This document shows, one piece after another, positions 1 through 13,144 of a DNA stretch of 64,000 nucleotides (positions are counted from its first letter, which is position 1; each line of letters starts with the position of its first letter). Under the pieces are notes generated by a model. The model was not told the DNA's origin, made no database searches, and saw only the letters and a program-made list of their open reading frames with translations. This stretch comes from Macrostomum lignano (lineage: Eukaryota), in the NCBI GenBank assembly GCA_002269645.1, contig NIVC01001167.1, forward strand, positions 62,001-126,000, given 5' to 3'. The position numbers were made by a program, and so were the translations under genes.

Positions 1-1749
1 ATCTGGAATCGATCTCTGAGAATGCGGGCATTCAGGGCGGCGTGCTGGGCTCTGTACAAGCTTACTGGCCGAGCGAAATTCTTGGCTGCGTCTGTGCTGC
101 AGTTCAAAATCGGTATGCCGGTTATTCAATTGGTGAAGCTCTTTGCCGAGAACCCGGCCCTGTTAGAGAGGGCCAGGCGCGGCGAGATTTGCGTCGGCTG
201 CAACGAGTCCTGGCTGTTGTGGCGTTTGACCGAGGGCAGAACGTTTGCTACCGATTATTCTTGCGCCAGCACTACCGGAATGTACGATCCGTTTGGGGTG
301 AGAATCCTGTCAGTCACTCATTTACTCACTCACTCACTTAATCATATAATCACTCATTTACTCACTCACTCACTTAATCATATAATCACTCATTTACTCA
401 CTCACTCACTTAATCATATAATCACTCATTTACTCACTCACTCACTCACTGAATCATTCAATCACTCATTTACTCACTCACTCACTCAATCATATAATCA
501 CTCATTTACTCACTCACTCACTCACTGAATCATTCAATCACTCATTTACTCACTCACTCACTTAATCATATAATCACTCATTTACTCACTCACTCACTTA
601 ATCATATAATCACTCATTTACTCACTCACTCACTCACTGAATCATTCAATCACTCATTTACTCACTCACTCACTCAATCATATAATCACTCATTTACTCA
701 CTCACTCACTTAATCATATAATCACTCATTTACTCACTCACTCACTCACTGAATCATTCAATCACTCATTTACTCACTCACTCACTCAATCATATAATCA
801 CTCATTTACTCACTCACCCACTTAATCATATAATCACTCATTTACTCACTCACTCACTTAATCATATAATCACTCATTTACTCACTCACCCACTTAATCA
901 TATAATCACTCATTTACTCACTCACTCACTTAATCATATAATCACTCATTTACTCACTCACTCACTTAATCATATAATCACTCATTTACTCACTCACTCA
1001 CTTAATCATATAATCACTCATTTACTCACTCACTCACTTAATCATATAATCACTCATTTACTCACTCACTCAATCATCTAATCACTCCTTTACTCACTCA
1101 ATCATTCAATCACTCATTTACTCACTCACTCACTTAATAATCCAATCTCTCATCTACTCACTCACTCACTCAATCATATAATCACTCATTTACTCACTCA
1201 CTCACTTAATCATATAATTACTCATATACTCACTCACTCAATCATCTAATCACTCCTTTACTCACTCAATCATTCAATCACTCATTTACTCACTCACTCA
1301 CTCACCATCCAGCTGGAGTGGAGCCCCATCGTGGTGTCCGCCCTGCTGCACATGCCTCTGCGCATGCTACCGGAAGTCCGGCCCACAGCCGGCCAGTTCG
1401 GCCACACCGATCTGTTCCCCGGCGGTCCGGTGGACATCACCTCAATTTCTGGCGATCAGAGCGCCGCCACCTTTGGCGAGTTGTGCCACCAGCCCGACCA
1501 GGTGAAGGTCACCCTTGGCACCGGCACGTTTCTGGACTGGAACACCGGCAAAGAGCCTTATGCGTCGATGAAAGGCCTCTACCCCGTGATTGGCTGGGTC
1601 CTTGACGGTGATCAGAGCGGACCGACCTACATGATCGAAGGTAGTCACGCAGACACAGGCAACACACTGGATTGGGGCTGCGCTATGGGATTTTATCCCA
1701 GCGTGTCGGAGGCCGAGTCTGCGGCTTTGACAGTGGCGGGTAAGTGGCT

Positions 1750-1804
<55 letters not shown>

Positions 1805-2896
1805 GCCTGTCTGTCTTAATATCTCTGTCTGCCTGTCTGTCTGTCTGTCTGTCTGCCTGCCTGCCTGTCTTAATATCTCTGTCTGCCTGTCTGTCTGTCT
1901 GTCTGTCTGTCTGTCTGCCTGTCTGTCTTAATATCTCTGTCTGCCTGTCTGTCTGTCTGTCTGTCTGCCTGTCTGTCTTAATATCTCTGTCTGTCTTTTT
2001 GTCTGTCTGTGTGTCTGCCTGCCTGCCTGCCTGTCTGTCTGTCTGTCTTCTGCCTGTCTGTCTGCCTGTCTGTCTTTCTGTCTGTCTGTGTGTCTGTCTG
2101 CCTGCCTGTCTTTCTGTGTCTGTAAGATTCAAGCTTGTGAAGCTTCGTGTCTTCATGAATTTCTAAATTTAAGCCTGTAAAAGCAATCAACTACTATTAG
2201 TAGCTAAATCGTGCACAATCTAGCCAAGTTTTTTTTAAATATCGCACTCGCAGACTCTGGCGGAGTGTTCTTTGTGCCATGTTTCACCTGGTCGGCTGTG
2301 CCGGTCTTTGATCCGGCCGCGTGCGCTGGCTTCCTAGGAGTTAACCTTGGTACAAGCAGGGAGCACATGGCCAGGGCCCTGCTTGAGGCGGTCATATTTC
2401 AGACTAAAGCCATTGCGGAAGCCTTCCGATTGGAGACTGGCAAGAAACCGGCTGTGTTGCGGTGAGATTTACAGAAAAATTCATTTTATTTGTTGCAATT
2501 TTTATTTTTAGTTAAAAAGTCCTCAACCGTCTACTTACTGTGCTGTAAGTAAGCTAGTTGCGTATTTTGCTAGATGAATTTATCTATGGCTCTTCAAACC
2601 CGCCAATCTCTAATTTTAGTTGCAACGGTGGCGTCAGCGCCAGCGATTTTATCATGCAGGGAATTGCCGATTTACTCGATTGCGATGTGGTCCGCGGTTC
2701 GAATCGCGAAGCAACGTCGCTCGGTTGCGCATTTTTAACGGCGATCGCTGCAGGACTGTGGAGCCAGGCTGAGATTGGCCAGAGGTTCGACAGCATTGAG
2801 CGACGTTTCCAGCCCAGGCCTGAGGCCGCTCAACGGCTGGCTAGGGATTATGAAAAATGGAAAGTGGCCGTACAAAGGTGCTACTCCTGGTACTGA
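1..2896 (+). CDS. GK5: Glycerol kinase 5-like (FGGY family), 5'-partial; exons <1-297, 1313-1739, 2254-2461, 2620-2896
   Basis: Spliced translation follows vertebrate GK5 as recalled: FATDYSCASTTGMYDP, SGDQSAATFGE, KVTLGTGTFLDWNTG, YPVIGW, DSGGVFFVPCF, VQRCYSWY*. GT-AG introns with matching phases 0, 1, 2. Confidence 0.92.
312..1305. repeat. ~36-bp minisatellite (cactcatttactcactcactcacttaatcatataat), GK5 intron
   Basis: Tandem units fill the intron from about 15 nt after the donor to about 7 nt before the acceptor. Confidence 0.95.
1751..2121. repeat. (CTGT/CCTG)n microsatellite with cttaatatct interruptions, GK5 intron
   Basis: Direct tetranucleotide repeats; same family as 59884-62742. 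Confidence 0.95.
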
Positions 2897-3530
2897 ACTG
2901 ACCTAGGGGCTGCTGTGGGGGGGTCAACTGACCTCCCTAAGCTATAGTATAAGAGTCAACTTGGCTTTTTTGTGTGCGGAGGTCTATTGATTTTCTTATT
3001 ACTTAATTTTACCGGGGTCACTTGACCTCCCTGTTCCTTGACCTAGAAGTACATGTATAGGGATCAATGGACCTCCCCATTCCTCGATCTTGGAGTATAG
3101 GGGTCAACTGACCTCCCCGTTCCTCGATCTTGGAGTATAGGGGTCAACTGACCTCCCCGTTCCTCGATCTTGGAGTATAGGGGTCAAGTGACCTCCCTGT
3201 TCCTTAATCTAGGAGTATAGGGGTCAAGTGACCTCCCTGTTTCTCAATCTAGGAGTATAGGGGTCAACTGACCTATCTGTTCCTCAATCTAGGAGTATAG
3301 GGGTCAACTGACCTATCTGTTCCTCAATCTAGGAGTATAGGGGTCAACTGACCTATCTGCTCCTCAATCTAGGAGTACAGAGGTCAATTGACCTCCCTGT
3401 TCCTCGATCTAGGAGTATAGGGGTCAACTGACCTCCCCGTTCCTCGATCTAGGAGTATAGGGGTCAACTGACCTCCCTGTTCCTCGATCTATAAGTATAG
3501 GAGTCAACTGACCTCCTTATTATTTGATCT
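2897..3530. repeat. 40-bp minisatellite (ggagtataggggtcaactgacctccctgttcctcgatcta) starting at the GK5 stop codon
   Basis: Period 40 (tggagtatag at 3091 and 3131); each unit contains a GGTCA-nn-TGACC dyad. Confidence 0.92.
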
Positions 3531-4169
3531 TCTAGCACCAATTACCCTCATTCCTAAATCTAATCAGTGATCTGACCATTTATTCATTTGTAAATCTGCA
3601 CTATTTTGCTACTTTGACTTTATGACTTTTTCGGGCGCTCATATCAGTTTTCCGTGACAAATTATTTGCTTTTTTAACTGAATGCTTCTATTTTAAGTAA
3701 GCAATGTAGGACATTAATATCTGCATATTTTTTGTTTATTTATAGTATTGCCTTCCATTTTGTTTCAATTTAAATGATTATTAGTTCGATACATATTTAT
3801 GATCAGCTGTTTAAATTCTCTTCAATTTTTCCTTAATTTCCACAAATTCGTTTGTCAGTTTTTCTGATTTTTTAGTTAGCAAACTAGTTTTAGTTGCAGA
3901 CACTTTCTTTGCGTTAATTGAATGCCATATTGTATTGCACACTTGATCATTGATGATGTCACACGATTTGCCACATTTCCAATTGTTAAAATGGCCATCT
4001 ACCTGTAAATAATGTAGTTCATTTTTATAGGAAGCAACTTTCTTGATTTCAGAAAAGCTTTATTGGCATCATGTTTCAGAAGAAATGTTCAATTGCTGTT
4101 CACATTACCTTAGTTGAATTGCCAGTAAATAATGCAGTTAACTTGCTTCATTACGGTCACTCTAAAGAC

Positions 4170-4445
4170 AGTCCCTCCAAAAGACAGATCACTCCCTTAA
4201 ACTAGGAAGATCACTCTTCCAGCAGCCCACTCCCATAGACAGTTCACTCCCTTAGACAGGTCACTCTTTAGACAGATCGCTCCCTTAGACAGGTCACTCT
4301 TCAGACAGTTCACTCCCTTAGACAAGTCACTCTTCAGACAGATCACTCCCTTAGACAGTTCACTCCAGACAGATCGCTCCCATAGACAGTTCACACTCTT
4401 AGACAGGTCACTCTTCAGACAGTTCACTTCCTTAGACAAGTCAGT
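4170..4445. repeat. Degenerate minisatellite built from agacagttcactccctt/agacaggtcactcttc subunits
   Basis: Repeated 16-17-bp subunits. Confidence 0.85.
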
Positions 4446-4959
4446 TCAGTTCCCTTGAACACAGGTTTAAATAAATTGTTAATCAATTTTACTAGTCTGT
4501 ATTTTACTAGATTTACTAGTATTAACTAGTTTTGTTTGAATTAATAGTCTGTCTATTATTAAAATTTTACATAACACGCGTATATAGTGTTAATCGCTTC
4601 TTATAACTGATTGTGCCTTACTTAATTGATTAATGATTTCATAATGACACAATATTTATATGCACATTATGCCCTACCTGCCAAATTGTTTGACAATAAA
4701 CTAAACCGAGGCCTTTGCTTGACTTGACAATTTGATTTCGGACAGAGCCATTGCACAAGATTGAAAATTTTAAAAATGAAAAAAATTTATGAACAGACTG
4801 GAGTTCTTTTTTTATCAAAGCGAAACTAAACAACAAAATTCTCGAAAAATATATATTTATCTTTGTAGAATTGACGAGTATTAATAACGAAAACTTTCAT
4901 TGCGGTCACTGTAAATAGGTCATCTGGTTTCACATGTTTTTAAGACCGGTATTATGTCG

Positions 4960-6750
4960 TAAGTGAATGGCGATTCTTTGACTGATTGGTGAATAGCGAT
5001 TCCTAAATTGATTAGTGAATGGCGATTCCTAAATTGATTAGTGAATGGCGATTCCTAAATTGATTAGTGAATGGCGATTCCTAAATTGATTAGTGAATGG
5101 CGATTCCTAAATTGATTAGTGAATGGCGATTCCTAAATTGATTAGTGAATGGCGATTCTTAAATTGATTAGTGAATGCCGATTCCTTAATTGATTGGTGA
5201 ATGGAGATTCTTTGACTAATTGGTGAATGGCGATTCTTTGACTAATTGGTGAATGGAGATTCTTTGACTAATTGGTGAATGGAGATTCTTTGATTGGTGA
5301 ATGACGACTCTTTGACTAATTGGTGAATGGAGATTCTTTGACAAATTGGTGAATGGAGATTCTTTGACTAATTGGTGAATGGAGATTCTTTGACTAATTG
5401 GTGAATGGAGATTCTTTGATTGGTGAATGACGACTCTTTGACTAATTGGTGAATGGAGATTCTTTGACAAATTGGTGAATGGAGATTCTTTGACTAATTG
5501 GTGAATGGAGATTCTTTGACTAAATGGTGAATGGCGATTCTTTGACAAATTGGTGAATGGAGATTCTTTGACAAATTGGTGAATGGAGATTCTTTGACTA
5601 ATTGGTGAATGGCGACTCTTTGACTAATTGGTGAATAGCGATTCTTTGACTAAATGGTGAATGGAGATTCTTTGACTAATTGGTGAATAGCGATTCTTTG
5701 ACAAATTGGTGAATGGAGATTCTTTGACAAATTGGTGAATGGAGATTCTTTGACAAATTGGTGAATGGAGATTCTTTGACTAATTGGTGAATGGAGATTC
5801 TTTGATTGATTGGTGAATGGAGATTCTTTGACAAATTGGTGAATGGAGATTCTTTGACTAAATGGTGAATGGAGATTCTTTGACTAATTGGTGAATGGCG
5901 ACTCTTTGACTAATTGGTGAATAGCGATTCTTTGACTAAATGGTGAATGGAGATTCTTTGACTAATTGGTGAATGGAGATTCTTTGACTAATTGGTGAAT
6001 GGAGATTCTTTGATTGGTGAATGGCGACTCTTTGACAAATTGGTGAATGGAGATTCTTTGACAAATTGGTGAATGGAGATTCTTTGACTAATTGGTGAAT
6101 GGCGACTCTTTGACTAATTGGTGAATAGCGATTCTTTGACTAAATGGTGAATGGAGATTCTTTGACTAATTGGTGAATAGCGATTCTTTGACTAAATGGT
6201 GAATGGAGATTCTTTGACTAATTGGTGAATGGCGATTCTTTGACAAATTGGTGAATGGAGATTCTTTGACAAATTGGTGAATGGAGATTCTTTGACAAAT
6301 TGGTGAATGGAGATTCTTTGACAAATTGGTGAATGGAGATTCTTTGACTAATTGGTGAATGGAGATTCTTTGATTGATTGGTGAATGGAGATTCTTTGAC
6401 AAATTGGTGAATGGAGATTCTTTGACTAAATGGTGAATGGAGATTCTTTGACTAATTGGTGAATGGCGACTCTTTGACTAATTGGTGAATAGCGATTCTT
6501 TGACTAAATGGTGAATGGAGATTCTTTGACTAATTGGTGAATGGCGATTCTTTGACAAATTGGTGAATGGAGATTCTTTGACTAATTGGTGAATGGAGAT
6601 TCTTTGACTAATTGGTGAATGGAGATTCTTTGACTAATTGGTGAATGGAGATTCTTTGACTAAATGGTGAATGGCGATTCTTTGACTAATTGGTGAATGG
6701 AGATTCTTTGACAAATTGGTGAATGGCGATTCTTTGATTGATTGGTGAAT
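4960..6750. repeat. 26-bp minisatellite (attggtgaatggagattctttgacta)
   Basis: Roughly 65-70 tandem units with variant blocks. Confidence 0.95.
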
Positions 6751-6850
6751 GGCGATTTTGAGATTCACTGATATAGGGTGATTCTTAGAAAATCAATAAA
6801 AGAAGATTCTGAATATATCGAATTAAGCTCCGGGTCCTTATAAACTGAGC

Positions 6851-9317
6851 TCAAAACGGCAGCAGCCGCAGGTACTCGCTGGCCGTGACGCATTCGCAGG
6901 TGTCGCAGCCGAAGGCGTCCTGCCTGCTGCCGTAGAAGCAGCCGCAGCTCCGGTTGGGGCAGCGGCATCCGCAGCCGACCTGGCACCCGGTGGCCTCATC
7001 AATTTCAAATCCGTGATGGCCGCAGCTTCGGGAGCAGCGCGGCTTGGCTGGACACCTGCTAGCTGCTGCTGGCTGCAAGCAGTGACACGCATGGCAACCG
7101 TAGGCGTCCTTAGCAACAGTGAAATTGCCAGCCTGACCGCAGCTGGAGATGCACTGGTTGAGGTCGGGGCAGTTGCAAGCGCAGCCGGGAAGCAGGCAGC
7201 CCAGAGAGTCCCGCAGGTGACCGTGCGGGCCGCAGCTGTTTGAGCAGCTGGGCTCAGTCTGTGAGCACCTGTTCGCTGGCGATTGGCCAGCGCATGAGCA
7301 GGTCAGACAGCCGGAGTTCGAATCCTCGCTGATGGAGAACTGCTGCCGGGGACAATTGGACGGGCACAGGCGGTCCATGGCGTTGGGCTGCTGGAGGCTG
7401 GATTTAGTGATGCAGGGCTGGGAGGCTGGCAGCTGCTGAGCTGCAGAGTGAGACCTGGAGCCGCCAGAGCAGGCTGAGCACAGCTGGCAGCCGAACCTGT
7501 CAATCTCCCAGCGCAGGCAGCTCTCGCCAACTGGACAGGCCTTTCAATTGAGGATTTGGGCGAGGGATTTTAACACCTCTCTGAACAACAATGATTGCAA
7601 AATTGCAAATCCAAATTCTTACACTTTAAATAAATCAGCTGCAATTATTTTCGTGCATGGAAATTTTTTATTCCGAGTCAAACGTGATTATAAATTCATC
7701 ATTAGCAAGGCGAAATAATAAGTGGGAAGTGAGGAAAAATCGCCTTATCACTAACCAGATCCTCCTCCCTTTTCACCAAGAAAAATCGCCTTTCCAACCA
7801 AAATTCTTAACGAAAAATCACATTTCCCCCAAAATAATTGTCCTAAAAGTACAAATAAAAATCGCCCTCCTCTCCCCATCCCAAGAAAAATCGCCTCCTC
7901 CCCCATCCCAAGAAAAATCGCCTCCTCCCCCATCCCAAGAAAAATCGCCTCCTCCCCCATCCCAAAAAGAATCGCCCTTCCCCATCCCTAGAAAAATCGC
8001 CCTCCTTTCCCATCCCTAGAAAAATCGCCCAGAAAGTAGGTACAAATCGCCCCCGGAACTTGTGAAAGCACAGTCAGGCGGACAATCCATCCATCATTCA
8101 CCTGTCTGGCAGGCGGGCACCGGCATGAGCAGTCCCTGACGCAGCCCCGATCGTCACGAGACTCGCCACTAGCGTAGCCGTAAGATCCGCAACTGTTGGG
8201 ACAGCGGAGCAGACACGGCGGCGGCGGCGGAGGCGGCGTGGTCAAAGGCTCCGGCGGGTCCTGCTGACAGACGCACACTGGACAGCCTTCAGTATTCGAA
8301 TCGCTACCAGTTGCAGCAGAACCCCGCGAGACGAGCCTAGCTGTTGCCGATGCCAGGCCCAAATCTGAGCAGGCCCTTGAGCAACTAAGGCGAGCTTCAT
8401 CTCGAGGTGGACAGCGGCAGCGACAGAGGGGACACCCGGCTGAGTCAGTCTGGAATCCGGACGGGCAGGAGAGGCGGCAGGCTGATTTGAAGAGCACCAT
8501 AGATGAAGATTCCGAGCAGCTGGGCGGAGGGCGGCAGATGCCGATTGGACACCCGCTGGAATCCACTTGCTGTCCTGCGGGGGGGGCGAAAGGCGATGTC
8601 TTATATTGGCAAAAATGTGCCTTACACTGTCAAACGCCTAGACGTGATAAAGGAGAGGCAGTTTATTTAAACAGGCAAGGCGTAGGTTACCTGCTGGCCC
8701 TTAAAAGGGCCGTTTTAGGTTTTAAAAAATTGTATGTAACTCGTGTAAATGTGAAGCAATGCTATCTTTCGGAAAAAGAGGGGCGTCTCCTTTGTTACTC
8801 GTAACTGTCGATAACTCATGCTGACGCCTGACATCCAATTCCAAACCAAAGGTTCATATTCAATTATTCATAAGTCGGTATAAGCCACACTAGCGGGCCC
8901 TAAAAGGGCCGTTTTAACTCAAAAACTGGCTTATTTAAACTGGTGTAGTGTAGTGTAGGGCCGGGAAGGTTGTTAGTTAATTCTCAAGGGAAGCTTACCA
9001 TAAGTACAGAATCCAATAGCATCTTTGTTCGTGCCGGGACAGTTATTTCTCATCTTTGTCTCCTCGTCAGGAGCCGTCTTTGCTGTCGTCAAATTCAGCG
9101 CATTCTCGGGGCAGCTGCAGCCGGTGAGCAGACCCGCTGAGCATATCTGATTGATTCTTGCCGGTTTTAACGACTGACAGGTGGCGCACAGGCTTCGACA
9201 TTGAGAATGATGCTCTGCAGTTGAGGAGGAGGAGACTGGTTTGACGCTGCCAAAGATTATCAGAGCCAGTAGGGCAACAGATAGAAATAGCAATTGATGC
9301 TGAGGCGCCATTGTCAT
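6851..9317 (-). CDS. Secreted Cys-rich protein with ~10 antistasin-like repeats, 493 aa; exons 9317-8999, 8574-8102, 7540-6851
   Basis: Signal peptide (LLFLSVALLALIIFGSVKP). Repeated C-x3-C-x2-G-x3-D-x2-GC-x2-C-x-C modules such as CRLSCPSGFQTDSAGCPLCRC. Phase-1 junction reads CTYG|QQVDSSGC and completes one module; phase-0 junction ARQ|ACPVGESC; total 1482 nt. Confidence 0.85.
7790..8052. repeat. ~30-bp minisatellite (aaaaatcgcctcctcccccatcccaag) in antistasin-gene intron 2
   Basis: Tandem units inside the intron. Confidence 0.85.
8696..8716 (-). other. Histone-3'-stem-loop-like element AAAAC-GGCCCT-TTTA-AGGGCC
   Basis: Perfect 6-bp stem and 4-nt loop with A-rich 5' flank; second copy at 8896-8915 has a 3-nt loop. 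Confidence 0.6.
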
Positions 9318-11812
9318 ATCAAGCGCTGTGCTGACTTGCAGTCTTGCAGTTTATTGCTCCCAATCAATTCAAGTCGCGTTTACAACTTTACAATAAATAA
9401 GCTTGATAAAGCAAAGCCAAGTCTAGAAAATCAAACCGAAGGGGTGTCGTGTCTTCCTTATCGCTTATAGCAAGTCTTGGTCTGTGCGTACACTCCCCAG
9501 CAATGTACATTGAGCGCCTCGTTATCTAATTGGCTAGAGTAATTTGGTCCAAGGATTTTATTATGGCTGACTAAAGCAACACCCCCTTTTAGTCGGGGCT
9601 TGTTCAGGCACCAATAAAATTTCGTCCCCGGCCCAGCCAGACCCAGACAGTTCAAATGACCTTTATACGTATACAGCACTGCTAACTTTATCTGTCAACA
9701 AAGGCCCTTTGCGAACAAATGTCTGTTGGTCCCTTTGGTAATGGCGGGTAATGGGCTTCTGTAAGAAGGGATTGTCTTGACTCTTGAGGCCTTGACTGGA
9801 ATGAAAATGCATGAGAAACCGATAAAAAATTTTCTGTGTGCCTGCCTATTCCATTTGTTCCCACTCGCACGTCGCACTCGCATTAGTAATTGCGAGTATA
9901 AATTATATAAGTTGGTACTAAATTAAAAGTTCACTGTGAAATGAAGGCATTTACCGCGTACCGGTACATAGAAAGTTGTTAAAAAAACACTCCAGCTGTA
10001 CTACTTACTTATGAGTTATGATCTCCAATTAAAAGATTAAAGTTTACTTTTTTCTCGATGTTGATGTTGCTAAAGAACTTGCACACCCAGTCAGTATCCA
10101 GAACATTTGTTGAACAGAACATGCTTGGAAAGTAAAGTTACAACTTTAACCTTGGCCTCCTAGACCCAGAGTCTGCAGTCGAGTCCATCCATAGCAAAAA
10201 TATACCGTCCTCAACTTGCGGGGGAGATGCGTGACTCATGCCTTTCTTCTCCAGGTGCTATCTCTACAGTCTACAACTAACGGCTCACTGCTCGAGTCGG
10301 AACAACCGCAAGTTAGCCAGTGACAGTGACTCACCTTACCAGTATGCTAGCTAGCTAGCTAGGGTAGGGATATCGGAAAGGAACGAAGTCTTTTTGTACT
10401 CGAGTCAACCCCCACCCCCCACACTCGTACATTTATTGATTCGGTTTCTGGCCTTCTGTCCTTCAGGGGCTTGCAAGTTGCCTTGCCTGCCTCTAGTCAA
10501 TTGATTTCTTCAAGGACCACTGGACCACTACGAGCTAGAAGGACTACTAGTGATCCTTGGATTTCTCTTGCTATTCTTTTTTAGTAGGGACTCCTAAGCT
10601 CGCTTTGCAGAGACGACCCAAGCGAAGCGACAAGCGAGCCTAGGACTTAGGAGTCCCTGCTTTCTATAGAGAAATCCTTGCTCTAGCTTGGGAATTCCGG
10701 GACAAGTTTTTATTAATATTTCTTCAAAAAGTGTTGTAATATCATATTTAATATAAATATGAATAGGAACATAACTGGGCCCAAAACTGCTAGTTGCTAG
10801 TATTTGATGCTGTGTGTAAGTGAGAGTTGATCAATTGGCTCAATTGATCAAGTCAATTTAGAGCTTCTGCTTCAGAAACTTTATTATTACTTTTCGTTTT
10901 ACATTTTTCTACTCGACACTATCAACATTCTACATTGGTCAGATAAAGATAACAATACACAATACACACATACATACATGTAATATCGCATTTGTAATTT
11001 TTGCATCACAGATTAAAATGTAAATTTTGATATTTTGATTTGCTTCTTAACTACTAATATAGTAGTAGTTTTATACTATTTATTACGTCACAAGATAATG
11101 CTGTTTTTCATCTATCTACAAATAGATCATTAACTCTATAGCAATCAAAAATGGAAGTAAAAAACGGTTTAGCCAATATTTAGCCTTAAAATTTCAACCA
11201 AAAACCTTAAAAATCATTGAATTCCACCAGGATTGGCCAAATTCCGGTATTAAATCCCGGGATCCCGAGATCACAAAAACCGGGATTTTGCAATCCCTAA
11301 CAACAGGTCTAGGTCTCAACTCTCAACTCTTAAGTCACAGGCCAGTATGTAGTTAACTTGACAGCGCATCCCGCATTGGGCTCGTTTTTTGACAAAATTA
11401 CAAATCAAAAAAATGATATTTTGGCAAGGTTAAAAATATATATATTTGCTCAAAATGAAATGGAAGAACCGCCTGAATCTTCCAGATTTTCAAGAAAAAA
11501 GAAAGGAAACCCCATGGCATGCAGTTTTGGCTTGCTCTGTTGGCTGCTAAAACAACGCAAGCAATGTCTCTGGTCGACTGGTTGGTAGTGTCCTGCTTTG
11601 CCGAGAGTATGAGAAAAGCTGAGTGGCTCGGGACTTTATGCTACTGAGAGTAGCGAGCATGAGCTGTGACAGCCTTTGTGAGGGTCTCTGGCCTTAATGA
11701 GTGTGTAGTTGTTGTTGGATAGAGGGTGAGACACTGCGGATATGGATTCTCTATCGATTATAATCTCGCCCAAAGTCCGTGGCAAACGTGATTCGACGAA
11801 GAGCACTAAGTG

Positions 11813-12262
11813 TTGTGTCACTCAGTATTGTGTCACTCAGTTTTGTGTCACTCAGTGTTGTGTCACTCAGTGTTGTGTCACTCAGTTTTGTGTCACTCAG
11901 TGTTGTGTCACTCAGTGTTGTGTCACTCAGTGTTGTGTCACTCAGTTTTGTGTCACTCAGTGTTGTGTCACTCAGTGTTGTGTCACTCAGTATTGTGTCA
12001 CTCAGTTTTGTGTCTCTCAGTTTTGTGTCACTCAGTGCTGCATGTGCTACTCAGTGTTGTGTCACTCAGTGCTGCATGTGTTACTCAGTGTTGTGTCACT
12101 CAGTGCTGCATGCGTCACTCAGTGTTTGTGTCACTCAGTGTTTGTGTCACTCAGCTAATGAATTGTGTCACTCAGTGCTGCATGCGTCACTCAGTGTTTG
12201 TGTCACTCAGTGTTTGTGTCACTCAGCTAATGAATTGTGTCACTCGGTGCTGTGTCACTCGG
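11813..12262. repeat. 15-bp minisatellite (ctcagtgttgtgtca)
   Basis: Tandem units with later higher-order variants. Confidence 0.95.
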
Positions 12263-13144
12263 TGTTATCTTTACATATGTATTTCAGTAGCACGGGCGTT
12301 AGCACCAGGGGCTTTAGCACCAGGGGCTTTAGCACCAGGGGCGCGAGCAAGAGGGACGCCAGCACCAAGAAGTATCTCTGGCAAGAATAAAATGCTTTTA
12401 CCCTTTTATTCTACTAGCAGTAGCACATTTTGATGTTTGCAGTAGCAAATCCGAAGCAGCAGAGGAATTTTATTAACTCCCATGATTTGCTGCTGACTGA
12501 AACCCGTCATCAGCAGCAATTTGAGATCAGTTCCCTTGCTTCTGCATATTAAAATGAAAACTCATAAATTTGCATTTCCCCGCCGCGGCGCAAACTGAAG
12601 CACGCGTCATGAAAGGCGTTCGCGAGCGCAAACACCTGGCAATTTAATTGGTAATTGCTGTCCACACGAATCTTCAGAAGGAACCCCCCCCAAAAGCACG
12701 TGCGATTGGCCGGCCGCGCGCCACCGTCCCGGCGAGGAAGCTGAGAAAAAATATACTCAAGAGAAAAAAGAAGAAAATTTGACATCGAACTTTTCTGAGG
12801 ACTGAGCTGCTTTTCTAAGTGAAGTCACGATTCGAGCTGAGAAGCGATCCAATATAAACAGAAGCTCGACTGTGCATGCACCTTGGAGGGGATCAGTTTC
12901 CTTGGCTGTCTCTGTCTCTCTTAAACCTGGATGGTCGCTGCGGAGAGTTTGCTCAAACCGGATCCGGTTTCGTTCAAACTCTCTCAATAAACTCACGATT
13001 ATTTCTATGCGAATCGCACTGAGTCTCGGGGACTGCAGGCGTGCAGCCTTGGATACCGTGGGGCTGGCCTCATGGTTGCATGGCCTCATGTTGCACCTGA
13101 AATCTTTTACGTCTGCTTATCTCATAATAACCGATCCGATTTAG

